Shown here piece by piece: positions 58,754 through 64,000 of a stretch of 64,000 nucleotides of DNA. Position 1 is the stretch's first letter. Each line of letters starts with the position of its first letter. A program made the translations under genes and the position numbers. This stretch comes from Rickettsiales bacterium (lineage in GTDB: Bacteria > Pseudomonadota > Alphaproteobacteria > Rs-D84): the NCBI GenBank assembly GCA_031254335.1, contig JAIRUP010000011.1:9199-73198 (forward strand). Direction: 5' to 3'. The notes below the pieces were generated by a model. It was not told the DNA's origin and made no database searches. It was given only the letters and a program-made list of their open reading frames with translations.

Positions 58754-59311
58754 ATGGAAGAAATTCAGATACTATACATAATAGCGGGCGCAATCGGATT
58801 TCTGCTTGCCGGGATTTGGGGCGCGGTCGCCGGAGTCGCGAAGAAGACGGACGCCGCGAACAAAATCGCGTCGCACAACGGAACGCTGCTTAAAAGCATC
58901 GCGGCGAACATTGCGACATACAACCAGCAGGATTCATTCATAAACAATCTGGATATAGTCTATCAGGAACTCGCGCACACGCTCGCGCCGATTCTGAAAA
59001 CGCTTGAAATCCAGCCGCGCCAAACATTCGAGCATAATATTTGGCGGATGACCGGCGGGCTCGTCGACGCCAAGGACAAGAATCCGTTCGTCTTGGAACA
59101 GCTGCGCCGCAACATCAAACTTGACGCGGAATTCGCCAACAATGTGGAATCATTCATGTTCAAGGCAAGAAAAATGCTTGAAAAGATGCAGTCCGTCGAC
59201 CCGGACGGGATTTTAAGCGCGGCGTTTTCGGACGGCCTGCTCGGCCAGACGACAACGATTTTTTCAAGCGCGCAGCAGCTTGCGGCGGCGTCCAAAAATG
59301 ACCATAATTAA
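58754..59311 (+). CDS. Membrane-anchored hypothetical protein
   Basis: 185 aa. One N-terminal TM helix; the remainder is helical with no recognised family. Confidence 0.5.
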   Translation: MEEIQILYIIAGAIGFLLAGIWGAVAGVAKKTDAANKIASHNGTLLKSIAANIATYNQQDSFINNLDIVYQELAHTLAPILKTLEIQPRQTFEHNIWRMTGGLVDAKDKNPFVLEQLRRNIKLDAEFANNVESFMFKARKMLEKMQSVDPDGILSAAFSDGLLGQTTTIFSSAQQLAAASKNDHN

Positions 59312-60644
59312 GCCCGGAATTTCAGAGGAAACAATCCGGGAAATATCCAAAATCCGGCAAGAGCCGGAATGGCTGCTCGACTGGCGGCTGTCCGCATTTT
59401 CGGCATGGAAAAAAATGACGGAGCCGCATTGGGCCGAGATAGATTACGAACCGATTGATTACGACGCTTTGCAATACTTCAAGTCCTCCGCGCCCGCCGC
59501 GCCCTCGGACGACCTGACCGCGATTTACGACCGTCTGAAAATTCCAAAGCACGAGCAGGCCGCGCTTATGGGCATGGCCGTCGATGTCGTGGAAGACTCG
59601 GAATCCGTGAACACCTCGCTGTCCGAGGAATTGGCCGCGCGCGGAATAATTTTCCTTCCGTTCTCGAAAGCTGTTTTGGAATATCCCGACTTGGTGCGCG
59701 AAAATTTGGGTTCCGTCGTCGGCGCGACCGACAATTTTTTCGCGGCCCTTAATGCCTCCGTATTCTCCGACGGGACTTTCGTCCATGTTCCGGCAGGCGT
59801 CAAATGCCCGGTGGATTTGGCAAGCTATTTCCGCATAAACACCGCGAATATCGGCCAGTTCGAGCGGACGCTTATAATCGCCGAACCGGGCGCGGAGCTG
59901 TCCTATCTGGAAGGTTGCAGCGCGCCGCGCCGTCCCAACCACCAGCTTCATTCCGGCGTCGTGGAAGTCATAGTCAAAGACGGCGCAACCGTGAAATATT
60001 CCACGGTGCAGAATTGGTTCGCCGGGGACAAGGACGGGCGCGGCGGAATCCTGAACTTCGTATCCAAGCGCGGACGCGTCGGCAGAGACGCGAAGCTGCT
60101 TTGGACGCAGCTGGAAATCGGAAGCGCGAAGACTTGGAAATATCCGTCCAGCATCCTCGCCGGCGAAAACGCGCATTCGGATTTTTATTCGCTTGCGATA
60201 ACGCGCGGAACGCAGCAGGCCGACACCGGCACGAAAATGGTTCATATCGGGAACAATTCGACATCCAACATAATGTCCGTCGGCGTCGCGTTGGAAAATT
60301 CGAAGCAGACATTCCGAAGCCTTGTATCCTTTTCGCCGAACACGGTCGGCGCGAAGAATGCCAGCAACTGCGACACGAAAATCATCGGCGACTTTGCGGT
60401 TGCGAACACTTTGCCCACAATCCTGCATTCCAACGGCGAGAATGTTTCGGGGCACGAGGCGGCGACCTCGGCCATTTCAGACGCCGCTTTATTTTATCTT
60501 GGCGCGCAGGGGATAAACCGCAACGACGCGACCGCGCTCATAGTCGGCGGAATGGCCGCGCCGGTTCTGTCGCGGCTGCCTATGGAATTTTTGGTGGAAT
60601 CAAAGCACCTTATAAAACTAGCGTTGGAGAACGAGCATGCTTGA
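59298..60644 (+). CDS. sufB: Fe-S cluster assembly protein SufB
   Basis: Starts at MTIIKPGISEETIREISK. The conserved SufB core (LEGCSAP, KYSTVQNW) is present. Confidence 0.9.
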   Translation: MTIIKPGISEETIREISKIRQEPEWLLDWRLSAFSAWKKMTEPHWAEIDYEPIDYDALQYFKSSAPAAPSDDLTAIYDRLKIPKHEQAALMGMAVDVVEDSESVNTSLSEELAARGIIFLPFSKAVLEYPDLVRENLGSVVGATDNFFAALNASVFSDGTFVHVPAGVKCPVDLASYFRINTANIGQFERTLIIAEPGAELSYLEGCSAPRRPNHQLHSGVVEVIVKDGATVKYSTVQNWFAGDKDGRGGILNFVSKRGRVGRDAKLLWTQLEIGSAKTWKYPSSILAGENAHSDFYSLAITRGTQQADTGTKMVHIGNNSTSNIMSVGVALENSKQTFRSLVSFSPNTVGAKNASNCDTKIIGDFAVANTLPTILHSNGENVSGHEAATSAISDAALFYLGAQGINRNDATALIVGGMAAPVLSRLPMEFLVESKHLIKLALENEHA

Positions 60645-61299
60645 AATAAAAAACCTGAGCGCGTCCGCGGGGGACAAAAAAATCATAAGCGGTTTTTCGA
60701 TGTCAATCGCGGACGGCGAAACCCTTGTCCTTCGCGGAAAAAACGGAATCGGCAAATCGACGCTGGCCGCCGCCGTCATGAACGACCCGGCGTTCCATAT
60801 AACGGCGGATGAAATCAAATTCGACGGGCGCGATTTGTCGCTGGATTCCGCGACGACCCGAGCGTTGCTTGGCATTTATTACGCGCCGCAGAACGCGCCG
60901 GAAATTCCAGGCCTTACGCTTTCGTCCTTTTTCAAGCATTCCATGAACGCGCGGAAAAAAGTGAGCGACAAGCAGGAAATTTCCGCCGGAGAATTCTTCG
61001 AGAAGCTGAACGCCGCGCGTTCAAGCCTGGACATTCCCGAAAGCTGGCTCGCGCGCAGCGTCAATGTCGGATTTTCCGGCGGCGAAAGAAAGCGCGCCGC
61101 GCTTCTCGGCCTGAAACTCGCCTCGCCGAAACTCGCCATACTGGACGAGATAGACGCGGGCGCGGACGCAAGCCTCCAAAAACTAATCGCCGGAACAATA
61201 AACGAAATGCGCGCGGCTGGGACTTCGTTTTTAATCATCTCGCACCAGGAAAACTTCATAAAGCTGCTGGACAATCCCCGCACGGTGAATTTATTATGA
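60637..61299 (+). CDS. sufC: Fe-S cluster assembly ATPase SufC
   Basis: 220 aa. Walker A GKNGIGKST, ABC signature FSGGERKR, Walker B ILDEIDAG. Confidence 0.9.
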   Translation: MLEIKNLSASAGDKKIISGFSMSIADGETLVLRGKNGIGKSTLAAAVMNDPAFHITADEIKFDGRDLSLDSATTRALLGIYYAPQNAPEIPGLTLSSFFKHSMNARKKVSDKQEISAGEFFEKLNAARSSLDIPESWLARSVNVGFSGGERKRAALLGLKLASPKLAILDEIDAGADASLQKLIAGTINEMRAAGTSFLIISHQENFIKLLDNPRTVNLL

Positions 61300-61317
61300 A
61301 ATTATAAGCAAACAAAA

Positions 61318-61342
61318 AACCGCCCGGAAGGGCGGTTTTTTG
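61318..61342 (+). terminator. Rho-independent terminator
   Basis: AACCGCCC-ggaa-GGGCGGTT followed by T6. Confidence 0.85.
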
Positions 61343-61357
61343 TTTGCCGATATAATA

Positions 61358-61690
61358 TTACAGGCTAAGCGAGGCGCCGCAGGTAACGCTTGGGGCGATG
61401 CTTGGGTCTTCGCCATAGCCGCGGTTGACCGTATAGCCGTCCTTGGCCGCGCCGGTATAGCCCATCACATTCTCCAACGCGGTAACCTTGGCCCAGCAGG
61501 CGTCCACAGTCGCCTGAATGCCCAATTTGCATTCCGTGACATAGTTCACGCTTTCGCCGACTTCACCGCCGACGGCCACGCACGCGCTGTTGAAATTTCC
61601 GATTGCGTTGTTCGGTTTCGGTGCCGCCGCGACGGCCGCGCCCATTCCCATAACCGCCAGAACCGGCAGAATCAATAGTTTCTTAGTCAT
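61358..61690 (-). CDS. Small secreted Cys-containing protein (hypothetical)
   Basis: 110 aa. Signal peptide MTKKLLILPVLAVMGMGAAVAAA, AAGGAG Shine-Dalgarno. The NFNSAC motif is shared with ORF 6588..6839. Confidence 0.6.
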   Translation of the reverse strand: MTKKLLILPVLAVMGMGAAVAAAPKPNNAIGNFNSACVAVGGEVGESVNYVTECKLGIQATVDACWAKVTALENVMGYTGAAKDGYTVNRGYGEDPSIAPSVTCGASLSL

Positions 61691-61820
61691 TTTTCACTCC
61701 TTTTTATATGAAAAACCTTCCTTGCATTCCAATAATACAAAAATTTTAAGCACCGGGTCAAGCCTTTTATGGTATAATATAAAATAATGAAATGAACAAT
61801 GGACCCCGGCCTCCGCCGGG

Positions 61821-63695
61821 GTGACGGGGCGGATGAAAGCACTTGAAAGGATTTTGCGGGAAAAGGGCGCGCGCCTGCACAACTGCGGGCCGCGCCGCCG
61901 CGGGATGAATCCCGCGCCCATGCACGCGCTGCTTCCGTTTTCCAAGCGGCGCGGAATCTTCGCCGCCGCGTTCAGGATTTTCTCCCCAATCGTCATGGTC
62001 GGCTCGGTCCTTATATTCGGCTATATAATGCTTGTGTTCACGCAGATGCCGTCCCTTGACGCCATGCTTACCGAAACGCGCACGCCAGCGATAATAGTGG
62101 TCGACAGAAACGGTTATGAAATCCGCAGCTTCGGCCGTCTTATGGGCGACCCGATAACAACGAAGACCGTTCCGCATTATGTTTGGCAGTCAATCGTCGC
62201 CACCGAAGACAAGCGGTTTTTCGAGCATGGAGCAATCGACCTTTACGGCCTTGGGCGGTCGGTATTGCGCAATGTGTCCGCGGGCCGCGTGGTCCAGGGC
62301 GGAAGCACGATTTCACAGCAGCTTGCGAAAAACCTTTTCCTTGGATACAAGCGGTCCGTCACCCGCAAACTGCAAGAGCTAATCCTCGCGTTCTGGCTTG
62401 AAGAAAGATTTTCCAAGGAACAAATCCTTGACCTTTACATGAACCGCGTGTCCCTGGTCAAGGGCATGCGCGGCATAGACGCCGCCGCCCGCGACCTGTT
62501 CATGAAGACCGCGGACGAGCTGACGCTCGCCGAGTCCGCCATGATAACCGCGATGCTGAAAGCGCCGACGACATACAATCCGTCGCGCCATCCGGAAAAC
62601 GCGGTGCGGCGCGCGCGGCTTGTCCTGACCTCGCTTAAAGACCAGAAATACATTTCCGCGGAAGAATACAAAAAGGCCCAGGCCCAGCTGGACAATTACA
62701 AGCCCGCAATCCGCCAGGACGAGAACATTTACAGATACTTCGCGGACTTCGTGGTCGACGATGTCCATTCGCGGTTCGGCGGCAATATAAATTCGGACAT
62801 GATAGTCCACACCACTTTGGACAGCCCGCTTCAACAGCGCGCCAGCCGCGCGCTTAACAGAAAAATGTCCGAGTCCGCCGACAAGGGCGCGGGGCAGGCC
62901 GCGCTTGTCGCAATGGAAAAGGACGGCGCAATCGCCGCCATGGTCGGCGGAAGGGATTACCAGGCCAGCCAGTTCAACCGCACGACCGCTCTCCGCCAGC
63001 CGGGTTCCGCATTCAAGTCCGTGGTGTATCTGGTCGCGCTTGAACGCGGAATGCAGCCGGGCGACACCGTGTATGACGAGCCGTTCGGAATCGGCGACTA
63101 CAACCCCAAAAACTATAACGAGAAATATTACGGAAGCCTCAGCCTAAGCTCGGCCTTCGCGAAGTCCGTGAATTCCGTGCCGCTGAAACTGACGCAGGAA
63201 TTCGGATTGGACACGGTGCTTAAAATGGCGCGCAGGCTTGGCGTCGGGACGAAGCTGCGCCGCGAATATTCGACCATCCTGGGCGCGTCCGAGATGTCGC
63301 TTATCGAGCTTACGACAATGTATGCTGTGATTTTCAACGGCGGGCAGTCGGTCATTCCCTATGCCGTGAATTTCATAACGGACAGCTATGACAAGGTGCT
63401 TTACACGCGCACGCCGTCCAAGCCCGCCCAGCTGCTTGGCGCGACCACTATCGAGGAAATGACCGCCATGCTTGCCGAAGTCGTCAAAAGCGGAACCGGG
63501 CGGCGCGCGAATGTCCCCGGCAAAACCCGCGGCGGAAAAACCGGCACAAGCCAGAACTCGCGCGACGCATGGTTTATCGGCGCGACGGACGCGATGACAA
63601 TCGGGGTTTGGGTTGGAAACGACGACTACACGCCCACAAACGGCATCACCGGCGGCACCTTGCCCGCCGAAATCTTCCGCTCCGTCGTGGAATAA
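61821..63695 (+). CDS. mrcA: Class A penicillin-binding protein (PBP1A-type transglycosylase/transpeptidase)
   Basis: GT51 motifs ATEDKRFFEHGAID and GGSTISQQLAKN. Transpeptidase motifs SAFKS (SxxK), SVN, KTGTS. The exact start is uncertain (GTG 61821 or downstream ATGs). Confidence 0.88.
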   Translation: MTGRMKALERILREKGARLHNCGPRRRGMNPAPMHALLPFSKRRGIFAAAFRIFSPIVMVGSVLIFGYIMLVFTQMPSLDAMLTETRTPAIIVVDRNGYEIRSFGRLMGDPITTKTVPHYVWQSIVATEDKRFFEHGAIDLYGLGRSVLRNVSAGRVVQGGSTISQQLAKNLFLGYKRSVTRKLQELILAFWLEERFSKEQILDLYMNRVSLVKGMRGIDAAARDLFMKTADELTLAESAMITAMLKAPTTYNPSRHPENAVRRARLVLTSLKDQKYISAEEYKKAQAQLDNYKPAIRQDENIYRYFADFVVDDVHSRFGGNINSDMIVHTTLDSPLQQRASRALNRKMSESADKGAGQAALVAMEKDGAIAAMVGGRDYQASQFNRTTALRQPGSAFKSVVYLVALERGMQPGDTVYDEPFGIGDYNPKNYNEKYYGSLSLSSAFAKSVNSVPLKLTQEFGLDTVLKMARRLGVGTKLRREYSTILGASEMSLIELTTMYAVIFNGGQSVIPYAVNFITDSYDKVLYTRTPSKPAQLLGATTIEEMTAMLAEVVKSGTGRRANVPGKTRGGKTGTSQNSRDAWFIGATDAMTIGVWVGNDDYTPTNGITGGTLPAEIFRSVVE

Positions 63696-63698
63696 GGA

Positions 63699-63851
63699 CA
63701 AAAAATATAAGCGCAATTTTTCGTTTTCGGTCTAAATCGCCCACTACCGGCGGGAAACCGGCTTCGCAGGAGCGGCAAGCCTAGCGCGCGCCGGTTTCCC
63801 TTGGTATTGAACGATTTATCCTCGAAAACGCGATTGCGCTAATATTTTTTG
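63699..63851 (+). repeat. Extended hairpin element E3 plus T-tract, directly after the PBP1A stop
   Basis: Arms AAAAAATAT/ATATTTTTT, GCGCAAT/ATTGCGC and CGTTTTCGG/CCTCGAAAACG, central GGGAAACCGG/CCGGTTTCCC, then TTTTTTGAG. Confidence 0.7.
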
Positions 63852-63854
63852 AGT

Positions 63855-63905
63855 CTTATTAAAATTGTCATGGTCGGGCTTGACCCGACCATCCAGGTAA
63901 TAATC
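63855..63905. repeat. Intergenic hairpin module (reverse orientation copy)
   Basis: The reverse complement reads attattacctggATGGTCGGGtcaagCCCGACCATgacaatttt, homologous to 16066..16110. Confidence 0.5.
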
Positions 63906-64000
63906 ATTTTCCATATTTAACTTGAAACCGAGCGCATAAACGCAAACTGTTCCCGGTGCAAAAAGGACTTGAAACTTTTTGTCCAAGCACCCCGCGCGCG

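Noticed and set aside
56878-58893. 671-aa ORF on the + strand
   Set aside because: It is antisense to the DUF4105 gene. It is extremely Arg-rich and also runs across the next gene's promoter. This is a typical GC-frame artefact.

Overview
This is a 64-kb chromosomal window from an unidentified Gram-negative bacterium. Gene content and order look alphaproteobacterium-like (zapA, acpS, lepB-rnc, olsBA, L25 with an Ala/Pro/Lys tail). GC is mid-50s % by eye, with a few AT-rich islets. There are about 60 credible protein genes. Housekeeping genes (ldh, mnmE, clpB, gap, rne, purH, purL, sufBC, rplY, PBP1A, tRNA-Val) are interleaved with envelope or host-interaction genes: a VirB8/VirB9/VirB10-like trio, a 1914-aa PMP-repeat autotransporter, two M23 peptidases, Fic, and many small Cys-containing secreted proteins. 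I saw no rRNA, CRISPR array, transposase or integrase. The most unusual signals are non-coding or hybrid. (1) A 3-member family of Cys-rich secreted proteins. Two members carry (CT)10 and (CT)7 tracts inside their signal-peptide codons that leave the only ATG out of frame (contingency-locus or recoding signature), behind TGnTATAAT-N6-ATG leaderless-type promoters. (2) Two homologous ~140-nt structured RNA elements, each with its own promoter, covarying helices and pseudoknot, a CCUCCUGCC motif and a terminator, each ~20 nt upstream of a small gene. (3) A family of ~150-nt extended hairpin elements with compensatory substitutions, sitting directly after stop codons; two of them flank the virB10-like gene. 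(4) A ~55-nt double-hairpin palindromic element found both intergenically and as an in-frame insertion in an NlpD-like gene (RPE-like). (5) A stand-alone VirB8-9-10-like module whose VirB9 carries a C-terminal SPOR domain. All calls come from reading the sequence and the ORF translations only; no database search was possible. Hand-derived coordinates may be off by 1-2 nt.
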